Shown here piece by piece: positions 13,240 through 26,135 of a stretch of 64,000 nucleotides of DNA. The DNA is from the human T2T-CHM13v2.0 reference genome, Homo sapiens. The DNA lies in assembly GCF_009914755.1 (NCBI RefSeq), contig NC_060929.1; one strand, given 5' to 3'. Each line of letters opens with the position of its first letter. Position 1 is the stretch's first letter. A program made the position numbers and the translations under genes. The notes under the pieces are model-generated. The model did no database searches. It saw only the letters and a program-made list of their open reading frames with translations, and had not been told where the DNA came from.

Positions 13240-14850
13240 GAAATGAAGCTCAATGAGGAAGGCAAGTAGAAGGCCAAGAAAGGCTGAAAGCTAGGTCTCT
13301 TGAGCCAAACAGTTAGCCAAGTTGTAAATGCAAAAGAAAAGTTCTTGGAGAAAATATAAAGTGCTACTCTGGTGAACACACAAGTGATAAGAAAGCAAAA
13401 CCACCTATTGCTGATAGGGAGAAAGTCTGAGTGGTCTAGATGGAAGATGAAACCAGCCACAACATTCCCTTAAGCAAAAGCCTAATCCCAAGCAAGGCCC
13501 TAACTCTCTTTAATTCTTTGAAGACGAGAGAGGTAAGGAAGCTGCAGAAGAAAAGTTACAAGCTAGCAGATGTTGGTTCATGAGGTTCAAGGAAAGAAGC
13601 CATCTCCATGACATAAAAGTGCAAGGTGAAGCAGCAAATGTTGATGCAGAAGCTGCAGCAAATGCTGATGCAGAAGCTGCAGCAAATGATTCAGAAGATC
13701 TAGCTGAAATCATTGATGAAGGTGGCTACATGCAGCAACAGATTTTCAATGCATATGAAACAGCCATCTTTTGGAAGAAGATGTAATATAGTACTTTCAT
13801 AGCTAGAGAGAAGAAATAAATGCCTGGTTTTAAAGCTTCACAGGGCAGGTTGATTCTCTTTTTGGAGGCTAATGCAGCTAGTGATTTTAAGTTGAAGTCA
13901 GTGCTCATTTGCCATACTGAAAATCCTATGGCCCTTGAAAATGATGCAAAATCTACTCTGCCTGTGCTCTAGAAATGGAACAGCAAAGCCTAGCTTACAG
14001 TTTATCTGTTTACAGCATGATTTAGTAACTATTTTAAGCCTACTGTGAGACCTACTGCTCAGGAAAAAAAGAGATTATTAAAAAAAAAAATTCCTGGTCA
14101 TTGACAACGCACTTGCTTACCTAAGATCCCTGATGGGGATGTACAAGGAGATGAGTGTTGCTTTCATACCTGCTAACACAACATTAATTATGCACCCATG
14201 GATCAAGGAGTTACTTTGACTTTCATGTCTTATTATTTAGGAAAACATTTCATAAGGCTATAGCTGCCATAGATGGTGACTTCTCTGATCGATCTGAGCA
14301 AAATAAATTAAAAACCTTCTGGAACATTTGTGATTCATGGGAGGTGGTCAAAATAGCAATGTTAGTAAGAGTTTGGAAGAAGTTGATTCCAACCCTCATG
14401 AATGACTTTGAGGAGTTTAAGACTTCAGAGGAAGAAGTAACTGCAGATATCATAAAAATAGTAAGAGAACTAGAATGAAAAATGTAGCCAGAAGATGTGA
14501 CTGAATTACTACAGTCTCATGCTAAAACTTGAATAGATAAGCAGCTCCTTCTTATGGATAAGCAAGGAAAGTGGTTCCTTGAAATGGAGCCTACTCCTGG
14601 TGAGGATGCTATGAACATTTTTGAAATAACTAGAAAAGATTTAGAATGGTACAGAAACTTTGATGATGAAGCAATGATAGGGTTTGAGAGGATTGACTTC
14701 AATTTTGAAAGAAGTTCTACTGTTGGTAAAATGCTACCAAACAGCATAGCATGCTACAGAGAAATCTTTTGTGAAAGAAAGAGTCAACCAAGGCTGCCAA
14801 CTTCATTGTTGTTTAATTTTAAGAAACTGCCACAGCCACTCCAACACTGA
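13240..14850 (+). pseudogene. decayed Tigger1 pogo/CENP-B-like transposase ORF
   Basis: fragments [45 protein letters not shown] and ..GFERIDFNFERSSTVGKML..CYREIF; many stops and frameshifts. Confidence 0.9.
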
Positions 14851-15587
14851 GCAATTACCACTCTGATCAGTCACCAACCATCGACATTGAGGCAAGACCC
14901 TCTGCCAGCAAAAAGATTGCAAGTCACCGAAGGCTCAGATGATCATTAGCAATTACTAACTGTAAAGTATTTTTAATTAACATGTACATATATTAAGACA
15001 GAATGCTATTATGTCCTTAGTAGACAACAGACAAACATAACTTTTATAATGCACTGAAAAACCAAAACGGTTGTTACTCACTTTGTTGCAAATTTGCTTT
15101 ATTGTGGTGGTCTGGAATGGAACCTGCCAAATCTTAGTGTATGCTTGTATTTTACTCAATTCATCTCCAAAAGCCCATGCAGACATTTGATTGACTCACT
15201 TTTATGTTTCCAGTTCTTCATATGATGTTTGGTGCACAGTTTGGTGTATACTCATGAATATTTATTGAATGAATGATGATAAGCACTGTATAAAGGTTAT
15301 TTCACTTAGTAGCAACAACTTTGTTGAGTAAGTTTGGATTACTGCTTTACAGATGAAGACATTGAGAGTCTAAGAGTTTGCCTGATTTGCACAAAGTCAG
15401 ACAGCAAGTGATAGCGAGATTTTTGAATCTATTTCTACATAATTCTAAAGAACACAGTGGTTGAGGTACAGTTGTCAAACCCTGGTCAATATTGCAGCTA
15501 TTTCTGCACTGGCTTTTGCATCAGTTTCTTGTGAGCTTTGTTTCTGTAACTCCGTATTGACAAGTGCAGATAAACCTTGGAATTAGA

Positions 15588-15595
15588 TGACGTCA
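15588..15595. promoter_or_regulatory. palindromic CRE motif (candidate)
   Basis: TGACGTCA with CpG retained in CpG-poor DNA; motif match only. Confidence 0.2.
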
Positions 15596-18137
15596 CTTTG
15601 GTTCTCTTTCGGGCTGGGGACCTGACCCAGGACTATAACAAATTAACTAAATTGACCCACTTGAGCATGTCTGTCTGTTTTGTCAGGTGGCAACCCTCTG
15701 TCAATGGACTTCAAAAAGCGCAATCTACCTTGCACCATAGTAGGTGCTCAATGAATACTTCTGAAATAAAGGATGGAATGAATGGATAACTTATTTTTTA
15801 AACATATTGTAATAGGACATATGTCCTGCTGATGATAAATCACTAGTGGCTTTTTCATTCTTAAAGGACACAAGAAGCATGATTTCATGTTTTAAATCAT
15901 TGATTAGCTTGAGGTTAATTATCTGGTGAATGTTAGGCTCTGAGAGGGTGGGGAATAATCTGTCTGCAATTGTCTGCAATTCTCCTACAGGTGCTCCAAA
16001 CAGGCTCCCTGCTGAACTCATTTCAGGAACAAAGTGTATCTTCCTTCTTGCTTATCTAAAAAGAAGTCTTAGTTTCAGCCTTTGAATCATTAAGTGCCAG
16101 TAATACCCAAAGCTATTTTATTCTAATAGACCTTAAAAATAGTTGGTTTGCTTAATAAATATTTCGAAGATGGAAAATATGCATTTTCTAAGGGGATCTT
16201 TCATACTTTGTGACAAGTGGGGTCCTGGTGGAACACTGCTGTAAATATCTATAAATAACTATCATTTTCTCCTTTATTCACTTGCTATTCCACAATGCCT
16301 TTATGCAGAGAGCATGCGCGGGTTATTGAGGGAAAGCTTTATCTGCTGGTCAAATATCTGTCTGCAGATCACCAGAATGCCACTTCTAGGATGGAATGCA
16401 TTTGAAAAATAAGATTACAAGAACCAAAGCAGAGATTATAGAGTATTTTAGACTGGGCTGAATAAATAATAGGAATTGCTTCCAAGGGCATGGAAAGAGC
16501 TTCTGAGATCACTGTGCAGTTCTTCCAGGTTTTGCTAAACCCTTAAATTGAGTGAGAGGCACATGAATTTTGAGTGCATCTTTTGTAGTAGACTTTAGCT
16601 GAATATATTAAAATTCTTACTGGTGTTGGACACAGAACATTCTAAACAGCTTAACAGATGAAGACCAATTTTTTTTTTCAAAATTTAACATTCAAGGGTT
16701 TTTTAAAGAGAATTCAAGATAACATCTTGTAATTTACAAACTATTCCTAGAGAATGAATATTGTTGGTAGTAAATTACAATATACTGTTTTAATAGTCTG
16801 GGAGCAAAAGACAAGTGATAACCATATTAATGGAAGGCTGATGATATCTTGTAGGCTCATTTTTTTTCTAATGGAAAATACTCAACTATTCCTTAAGACA
16901 GAGGTTGTATTGTATTATGAATTTGTGGTTTTTAAATTTTGTTCTCTGGAAGGTACAGAGGTGCATAGTTGGGTGAGGATGGGAAATGTGTGTAGGTGGC
17001 CTAGATCTGCCATCACTACCTTCCCAGCCCCCTCCCCAATGTCCTCGACTAACATAGTGTTATTTTTTACTATTTTATGTGTTGACATTCTACCTAATAT
17101 GTCTTTTAAAAAATTTTTCCTTTACTAAATAAGAAAGTTTGAAAATCAGCTATTGAAAGGAAAATGGAGAGGACTTAAATCATCATATTCTTCTTTTAAA
17201 TAATAAAGTTGAAGGATTCTAGTGACAGATTTTAGTAAAAGAAGCAGTGTAAGAAATCCAGCAGCGAGAAGTTAGATGACAGACAAGCGGAATTAGGGCA
17301 TAAAGCCAGTCCTGGGCTTTGGTCCCAAGAAGGTCATTAGATCCCCCAGCACAGGGAATTTTAGCCAAGGTAGTAACTTGGTGGTTGCACATCATGTCAA
17401 TCCTGATAGTAAAAAAATATCCACAGAGGGCCATGAAAAAGCACAATACTAGAATAGCAAATTTGAGTGAGCCAGTACAAGGGAACTGCCTAAAAGATTG
17501 GGTACACTCTTGCCTCCTGATAGAATTATTTTTCCTCCTTGAGGATAGAAAAGGAATAAATGGTAACTAATTTGTCACTTGGTAATAATAGAAAGAGAAG
17601 ATAAAATGAATCATGTACACAAAAAAATTCCCAGTTTTAGGAGAGTGCATTGTCAAAGTGGAAGATATCCCCCAATCTTATGATTCATTTGCACTCTGTT
17701 TCTTTAATTGCTTTATAATCAGCTGCATAAATATTTGGGCTTTGTTGCCCAGAAAAGGGAGCTGTATATCTTCTGCATGAAAATTGTAAGAGGATGATTT
17801 CAGGGCCTCATTTGGTATTTAGCTGCTTGTTCTATCACAGAGCCAGCTTCAGTGACTCTCATTTCAAAGACGAGTAGGGTGAATGTTAGCGGAATAGCAA
17901 TGCATTGTATGGGTATGATCACAAACATGATACTACCATTTTTAGAAAGGCCATGGCTCCATATCAATCTTTAACATCTGGGATTAATAGTGTCTCAAAG
18001 TATCCAGGTTTTAAAATGTTGACCACCATCTTCAAATATAGCTTATTACATGTGAATTTTCTGATCCTTTCCAATGGCTTCATTTCTACACTTTATTGCT
18101 AAAATTTATATAAGATTATCTAACTTATATGAGTATA

Positions 18138-18142
<5 letters not shown>

Positions 18143-18190
<48 letters not shown>
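18143..18190. repeat. compound microsatellite (TG)15(TA)9
   Basis: read directly. Confidence 0.95.
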
Positions 18191-18191
<1 letters not shown>

Positions 18192-19584
18192 TTCCCCCAG
18201 AATAATTCTTTACCAAGATGCACATAAAATTACCAAATCATAAGGAAATATAAATGGGATGAAATCTAAACATCCTTCTAACCTTAATAGCCTCTGGGTG
18301 CAAATAAGTTCACAATAGTATTTGTATTTCACACACTCTGATTCCTGTTCACACCTGTTTGTGTTGTGTATCCCACCCACTGTCAAGTCTCTTCCAGAGT
18401 CCTGGAAGTGTTTGAACTGCTTCTCCATCAGCCACATTCCCCATGTGATGGCCACCATATTCTACTTATTTTGCTACTTCCCTGGCTCTGATATCCTCTT
18501 CTTTTGAATTCATTTGTTTGTGCCTGTCTCCTCCACTGCTGCCAGAACCCACCAAGAGAACACCAAATGCTACAAAAGTGATATCTCCTAGAATTCTGAA
18601 AGTATTTCATTGTCAAGGACTTAGATCTGAGCCATGTGGCATGAAAAAATAGAGGATGGCCCTGCACTCCAGTGTTACTTTTTGTCACCTGGGTTATATA
18701 CCTGGTCCATTGTACACTGCATCTCACAGGATTTCTTGGGGAAACAGCCTTTTCTGCTGCCACCTGCAGCCCTCTCTCTAAAGGAGTGGCCCCAATTTGG
18801 GAGGCTGGAAAACCTTCACCACATTGCCCACTCTATCTCTTGCCCAAGAATTTTGTGCATAACACTTTCCTCTTTCCAGGTGCCTTTCTTCTCCTTGTAT
18901 TATACTTAAATGGAAAAGATGGTCAGTGATGTCATTCACTCATTCTCCACTTTAGTGGAACTGATACCTCCTTTGTTTCTGGAATTTCACAATGAATAAG
19001 TGACTTGTGTGCTCTTGAGCCTACCATACTAAAGAGATGAAAAGATGCTCCACCTGGGTGGAACCCCACGTGTGCTCAAGCAGCTCTACAGAGTGAGTTG
19101 TAGAGGAATAAAAAGAGACTCAGGAAACCTGAGAAATGGTAGATGCATTAACAAGCACTACTAGTGTTTGTTATAGTGCTTCATTAGCTTTTGTTCACCT
19201 TCAAAGCGTTTCTTGTGCTGGCAATAACATTGAGAAATTACACACCAACAGAGAAAATGCCTTCAACATTTTTCTTTTAATGATTTGTGCTTCCTATTGG
19301 GGCATGAACACCTTGGGTTCTGTCCAAATGGCATTCGAAACTAGTCTCTTCAAACAGTGCCAGGCTGAAGCGGCACAGTCTGCTCCGTGTGCGGCAACCA
19401 CACAGTAAGTCATTTTGTTCTAATTCATATATTTTTTGTGTGTGTGGCTGTATTTTAAGCACAACTAGGGAGCCAGATTATTGTGTTGAATGTATGTTTC
19501 CCTCATTACATGGCTTTCATTTTATTTACATTAATTTTCTTTGGAAGCCAGTATGATAGCCAATTCATTTTAGTCTTGGCTGGC

Positions 19585-19770
19585 TGGCTTTTCTTCCCCT
19601 CTTCCTTCTCTTCTCTTTCTTTCTTTCTAATCAGTGTCTTTCTTAGCTTCTTTCCATCCCAATTCTCTTCCTAAATTTATATTTCTAGTTTTCTTATCTT
19701 CTTAATTACTTTTCTTTCTTTGTAAATTCCTCTCTTCTACATTCCCTTTCTTCTACTCTCCTTTCATTCT
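19585..19770 (+). repeat. pyrimidine-rich low-complexity tract
   Basis: CT-dominated stretch read directly. Confidence 0.7.
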
Positions 19771-20849
19771 TGGCATTTAAGTCTTTAGAAAGATAACTTG
19801 CTGCCAATGTTCCTTCTAAGAAGGTGTCCACGTCTGAATCTGTATTTTTAATCTTGGATTTTTCCGAACTTTTGCATTGTGATGTATTTCTACAGTGGTG
19901 ATATTGTCAATGTCTTTTCAAACTTTTTTCTCTTTTTAAGATGATTCCTGACAGTCTTTCCTACTCTTTGGTAACGCAGCTTTGGGTTTCTCAACTCAAG
20001 GAGGCTTAGGAAAGAGGGATACCTTTTGAACAGAAACAAGGATGGTGATGGGAGATGAGATGGGTACAGACTAGACAAATTCTTTTGCAAAAAATGCTGG
20101 AGAAGCAGAGAATGATCACCAGGTAAAGAGACAAGCCAGGGATTACCTTGTCTGCAAATGACTTGCATGATTTCATCTGGAAGGGGGATTCCAATTGATC
20201 TTTGTGACTCCAGAGAGCACAATATGGAAGAGGAAATTAGAAGAACACGATGAAAAATCAACTTTAGACCAGGTTCCTATTATTCCAAGGCAAGCCTCCT
20301 TTGGAACCTTTTAGGGAACCTTTTAGGGAAATCCACTTAACATCAACCTCTTCAGTCTGACCATTCATAGCACTAATTATCTAATCCTTAAATCTTTGCT
20401 ATTGAATATATTCAATTAAAAACGTTATCATATATTATCCCTTCTTGTTATTTAATTGCTTTATATTTCTAGTTTCTGTTTTTAGATTATATAATTACCT
20501 TGAGAGTCAGAAAAGTGTCATTCTCTTCTTCAGACCATGTCAGACAAAACTTGTCCTCATTATATTGAATTATATTTGAAGTAGGATTCTTTTTAAAAAA
20601 AAATAGATCTAAAATTATAATATTGTGGAAATGTGGCTGATTTTGGCAGGCATGGCCTGATTTGAGTGGAAGAGTTCTGCATAGTCTGTGCTCATCTTGC
20701 AAAATTCAGAAGCAGAGATTTCAAGACCGTGGAAACAGTTTCCCTGCTACTAACCTTTATTAGTCTCATGAATATAGGCTAGAAATCTAAACCCAAAGGT
20801 GATGATGAGAAATTGTTGATAAGCTTTCATTGAGCATAAAACACATAAA

Positions 20850-21010
20850 ATGTTACAGTTAGAATGTTGGCCTTTTGGGATCACTGATCCAATGCCCTTA
20901 TTTTATAAATGAGAAAACCGAGGTCCAAGGACATAAGCAACTTGCCCAAATTTGGTCTCAGTGCTAGTGAATGGAAGAAACCTTAAACTTGGAACTTCTC
21001 ATGCCTTTCA
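20850..21010 (-). mobile_element. MIR
   Basis: ATTTTATAAATGAGAAAACCGAGGTCCAAGG..AACTTGCCCAA. Confidence 0.6.
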
Positions 21011-22003
21011 CAGTGTTGTGTCTTGAATTATTATTGTGGTTTTTAGGTGTGCCAGGAGCCCTTCACAGGTTTGCCATCAAATCTTGATGAAGTTGTGAAT
21101 GTGTGTAACAAATGGGACCATATACTATCATTACAACAGATGCCGGATTGCCTCCCAGCATCTAGTGTTACTCTAATACTCTGACAAAGTTCTTACATCC
21201 ATTTAACAAATAACTTATTTTCATGCCTACTATGTGCCAGGCTCTAGGTCAAGTGCTGAGAGCCAAGTGCTCTAGATGGCGTTGAGATATGTCTCTTGGC
21301 TCCTACCTCAGCTGGCTCTTCCCAGTACTAGAAGTGTAATAAGGTCTATTTAATTCAGCATTCCATATGATAGATAGCCCTGCCACAGTGATATCTGTAT
21401 CCTTGATCACAGGCAATAAAGAACAATGAACATGATAATTCAATGGCTAACCTATTTTCTGCTGTATACCTTTATGTATAATAAACAATTTTTTAAAAAC
21501 ACCTCCAAACTTCCTACTTTAAAAGCGTATATTAAGTCCCTACAAGTATGCTTCAACAGATTCCAGTACATGACAATTCCTTTTATTGGAGGGAAGTGTT
21601 CTTAGAGACTTCACATAATTTGTTTCTTACAAAAGGTGAAAGGAATTTCTATACTGTTAATGCTATTACCCAGCAGTGAACATGATTAACAATTCACTTG
21701 GCTTACCAGCTTTGAAATCATGCAATTCTTGGCAAATTTTTAGTTTGAAGGAATTTGCATTATTTTAAATTTTTCAACCCTGGATATGTATTATGACATT
21801 CATTAAAATTTACATAATTGAAAGTTGCATAAAATTAGACCACAGTGTACTCCCAGGAGGGTGATAAAATAATATTGGGACCTTTGAGCATGTGGTGTAA
21901 ACATTCAGGAGAAATAGAAGATGCAATCCCTGCTCTTAAATAGCTTCAATTCTGTTGGGAAAATGAAAGGGATACATATAAAGCATATTAAAACAACCCA
22001 AAG

Positions 22004-22233
22004 CAGTGATTCTCAGCCTTTTCCTCATTGTCACCCCTACAAGGACACTTTTGAGACATTTTTTCCTGACAGCCCCAACCTCAGGAAATTTTTATTCCTC
22101 AGATGTACTGTATATCTGTTTATGCACTCTATGTGTGTCTATGCTTCATACACAATTTGAGTAAGGTTTTTCGTTCCCCAAGAACTCATTTTCCTCCCTT
22201 TAGGGGTGACATTTCCCCCATTGAAAACGCATG
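22004..22233. mobile_element. hAT-Charlie MITE (Charlie15a-like)
   Basis: CAGTGATTCTCA...CCCCATTGAAAACGCATG termini. Confidence 0.55.
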
Positions 22234-24376
22234 GTTTAAAGTAATCCTTGACTAAATATATAATGATAAAACTGAAAGATGGATGAGCTATATACAAGGC
22301 CCCAGAATAGTAGACATAGGGCCTAGAAGAAAAAATATAAATCAGTGGCTACTGAATGCAGGATGAAATCCATAAAATCAAAATTAATCAATGTTTAATT
22401 AAATGTCTACAAAACATAGCATTGTATCAATTTTATGTATTGTTTCATTTTATACTCTTAAAAATTGATTTATGTTTGAAAACAATTTGTGGTTTAGGTT
22501 TTTCTCACTTGTTAATAATCCCTGAGCAAGACTCACATTCTCAAGCAATCATATATCAAATGAGTTACTCATTACCAAAGAAGTTCAAAACCTAAATTAT
22601 TTGAAACATTTCAAAAATTTTACAGCAGAAAAACTATATTTAAATTGGCGTTTGAGTACATTTCATATGTGTGACATTAAGTCACATAGCACTTCCAAAT
22701 GTAGGCTTGGGAAAGGTTTCTGATGAAAGTGAAATCTGAGTCACTTATTGACTGCCCAGTGGGTACGATGTACCAAAATTGGTGTGTGAAAGAGAGAGGG
22801 GTAGCTTCCTTTTGAAGTTAAGCAGTAGGTGTCTTCATAGATATGTAGGAGAAAAATACTTTACAGAATTAATTATCTTCACTTAAGCAGCCATTTTTAC
22901 AAGCCCCCGGAGGCCATATGTTCATTGTACAAATTGAATTCTTAGCAAGTGTGAAACACAAACATGCACACATAGACCCACAGTATAAGCAAAGAAAGTA
23001 AGTAATGTTTTGTTGCAATTTCATAGCAGAGTCCTTTTATTTCCCATGAGCCTTTTTTGTAGATGTTTTTCATTAAGAGGGTTTTAGAGACGAGTGAAAA
23101 ATTTAATTATTTGTAGCAAAACATAAAAAAACAGAAAAGGTAGCTGTACTATAATTTCTTTCAAAAATAACTCTTGGGTTTATTCTGCTTACGTTTTAGT
23201 GGATACATTTAGGGTTTCTTTGAAAGTTCTTTAAAAATAATGAACTATTATTTTTTTAAAAGTTTGACATGAGGTCTCTAATCTTGACTTTTCACCATAG
23301 GTTGCCCCAGTACCCTGTTCAGCATGGCCTGGGGTAGTCTTGTTTTTGGTGTTTGATAATTGAAGAGGTGTGAAGGGGGTCATTGTCCCAAATTGCACTC
23401 AGATTTAATGTGAACATCAGGTCTGTATTGACCTTCATTTTTCCAACCTGATTTTGTGTTTCTTTTAAGTTGCTTCTAGCAGGACAGTAATATAGCTCAG
23501 ATACAAAACATGCATTGTTTTTGATAAAAGTCTCAGAAGTGTATCAGATTGTCCTATGGTGATTTTTCCAATTTACAGTCATAGAATCTCAAAGGAAAGT
23601 TTAGAGTGACAGTAACAGTAACAATTATGGGACATTCAAACTTTTTCAAAATTCTTTCAGTGTAGTTACTTCCTGTGCTTCTCACAAATGTCTACTGAAG
23701 TGAGAAGGGTGAGGAGTGCTATGTGCATTCCAGACCCAATGAGAGATGAGGCCTGAGATGAAGCCATTTGCCTAAGATTACCCTGATGGACTAGCTCTTG
23801 GCTTTCCCCTAATTGCTTTTGCTTAAACTGTGACATTCTTGCTCTCCTATAATTTCTCCCTATCTCGTTAAAAAATACATCTGTAGAGCGTTTCCGAGTC
23901 TGATACAATGAAAGTAAAACCAGTCATTATGCATCAAAGGCAGCTTGCATTTGAATTTCATATTTTGGCCCTAACTTTCTCTTTTGACCCCCAGACATGC
24001 ACCACTCTTAAGTTTCCAGTGATCTTTGGTTGCACTTCTCACCTCTGACTCCATTTGATCAGTGCCAAATGGAAACCATTTTCACTTACTACTACCTAAA
24101 AGAGATTACACTGACTCCATGCAGGAGAATAGCTCAAAGTATGTGAGGGTGGGCCTCGGTGGCCTCCTGTGTTAAACGAGGTTGAAGGTTGTATATTCTG
24201 ACCTGATAGAACTGTGGTGAGGACTGAATGGATAGTTGGTTGCATATAAAGCATCTGACATGGGATCTGGCCTGTAGTAAGTAATTGAATGCTGGCTATT
24301 CTTAGTATACATTATTGGTACTTTGAATAGTATGAGTGAGTAAAGTTGAGAATTGAAGATTGACAAATAAAGAATA

Positions 24377-24486
24377 TGTTTTCAATGGAAATAAAACATA
24401 CAGCCTAACCAACTAGAAAGTAGGCTTTTCTACTGTTTTCAATGGAAATAAAACATACAGCCTAACCAACTAGAAAGTAGGCTTTT
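24377..24486. repeat. perfect 53-bp tandem duplication with a 4-bp spacer
   Basis: 24377-24429 is identical to 24434-24486; spacer CTAC. Confidence 0.95.
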
Positions 24487-25133
24487 TCCTGGGAACTTTG
24501 CTCCCAGGAATACCAAGACGTCAGGCAGAAAGACACCTTATCAGGAGACAGCTCACCTTGCTCTCAGAGCAGAGAACCCACTCTAGTGGAAACATGGCCA
24601 AGAGTTTCCACCTCTACAAAAATTAGCTTTAAATCTTCTGTTCCCAAAGAAGGAGTTCTATTTCTTTTTTTTTTAACTTCCAGGGTAAGAGCTATTCTAA
24701 TGTGACCAAGTGATAAGAAATTTTCAAAGAGCCCTTTGGCTTCTTTTAGTGGATCTGGCCACAGGAGAGAATTCCCTTGAAGCAGGAGTTAATGGTTTCA
24801 TTTACCCTGTTAGGAACAGCATATGTTTGTGTTCTATTTTTTGGCCACAATTCTCTTGATCTGTAACTCATACTGTGCTTCCCGATCTGCCATGCCTCGG
24901 GAAATTTGCTGGATGGCCAAATATGACAATGGCCCAATTTCTTATTTAGTTGATTCTTTTTCGTATTTCACCTTCCTCAAAATAAATGGAAAATAGTTTA
25001 GTCTATGAGATTAAAATTCTGATAGGAATGTCTCTCTCATTTATACAAGAGAAAAAGAAAATAGTAATAATGATATCCTGAAAGCTAATCCATAAATGAA
25101 GATCACCAGAATAGTTTAAAAATGGATAAAGTG

Positions 25134-25440
25134 GGTGTCGGGCACAGTGGCTCACGCCTGTAATCCCAGCACTTTGGGTGGCTGAGGCGGGCAGATCACC
25201 TGAGATTAGGAGTTTGAGACCAGCCTGACCAACACAGTGAAACCCTGTCTCTACTAAAAATACAAAAATTATCCAGCCATGGTGCTGGGCATCTGTAATC
25301 CCAGCTACTCAGGAGGTTGAGGCAGGAGAATCGCTAGAACCTAGGAGGCGGAGTTTGCAGTGAGCTGAGATCGCGCCATTGCACTGTAGCCTGGGGGACA
25401 GGGTGAGGCTCCATCTCAAAAGACATAAAAATAAATAAAT
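25134..25440 (+). mobile_element. AluSx-like
   Basis: full dimer; TSD AAAAA(T)GGATAAAGTG at 25118-25133 and 25441-25455. Confidence 0.95.
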
Positions 25441-26004
25441 AAAAAGGATAAAGTGATATATCCAGGAAACTGTGGGGCCACATATTTCTAGAACACCAAA
25501 CTTGACCTCTCTACTTTATCATACAGTTAGTTTTTTTCTTCTAATTGAAGCAGAACAATGGGAGAGAAATGCATAGCCCCAATTAGTGCCTGCCAATAGC
25601 CATTGGATTTCAATTTCTGATCCAGTTTTTCTCTCAGACTTGCCTTCTATGCAATCTCTAGCCGTCAATAGTTGCCTAAATTTTCATGTTTTATCTTCCC
25701 CCTTCTCCTCCATATGTCAGCTTCATAAAGAATATGTGTATATGTGTATCTGCTTCTGACCTCTTTCCTGCTGGAAGCACATACTTTAAGAGGTAAAGAG
25801 AGGAAGGCTGAAAATGGTTCCTGCAAAAAGCTTCCAGATTACTGATTGATATGCATTGTTTCCATAGAGTGGCTTCCTGCCTCTTGCTTTAAAGCTTATT
25901 TTTAGTTGACTCTTATAAAACGCTAGCCAGTTTGAATTCCTTTTCCAATTTGTAGAAAGCACTGAATTGACAGGCATCGAGAAAACTAAAAATAACATAA
26001 GACA

Positions 26005-26135
26005 GAACAGAGTAGAATTTTAGAGCTAGAAGTGGACATGAATATCATCTATGCCAATCTTTTCTTCTTATAGACAAAGATATGCAAGTTCAAAAAGATT
26101 AAGTGCCTCTCCCAAGGTCACATTGCTAGTACATG
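26005..26135 (-). mobile_element. MIR/MIR3 fragment
   Basis: AGAATTTTAGAGCTAGAAG..ATTAAGTGCCTCTCCCAAGGTCACA. Confidence 0.55.

Larger units (their letters stand above)
12409..15147 (+). mobile_element. near full-length Tigger1 DNA transposon (interrupted by THE1A)
   Basis: ends CTGGCATACCTC...GTGTATGCTTG, TA dinucleotides at 12407-12408 and 15148-15149; about 2.38 kb after removing the LTR; transposase remnants inside. Confidence 0.95.

Noticed and set aside
13580-14850. Domesticated TIGD-like gene
   Set aside because: It has stops, frameshifts and loss of the DET aspartate, and lies inside a TIR-bounded element.
19049-19105. Short hairpins TCCACC-TG-GGTGGA and CTCTACA..TGTAGAG
   Set aside because: Stems of 6-7 bp are expected by chance and are too short for a miRNA or other structured RNA call.
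20304-20330. 12-bp tandem duplication GAACCTTTTAGG
   Set aside because: An ordinary slippage event with no further structure.
21264-21284. CTCF-like GCTCTAGATGGCG
   Set aside because: Mismatches at the 5' core positions. Not supportable from the motif alone.
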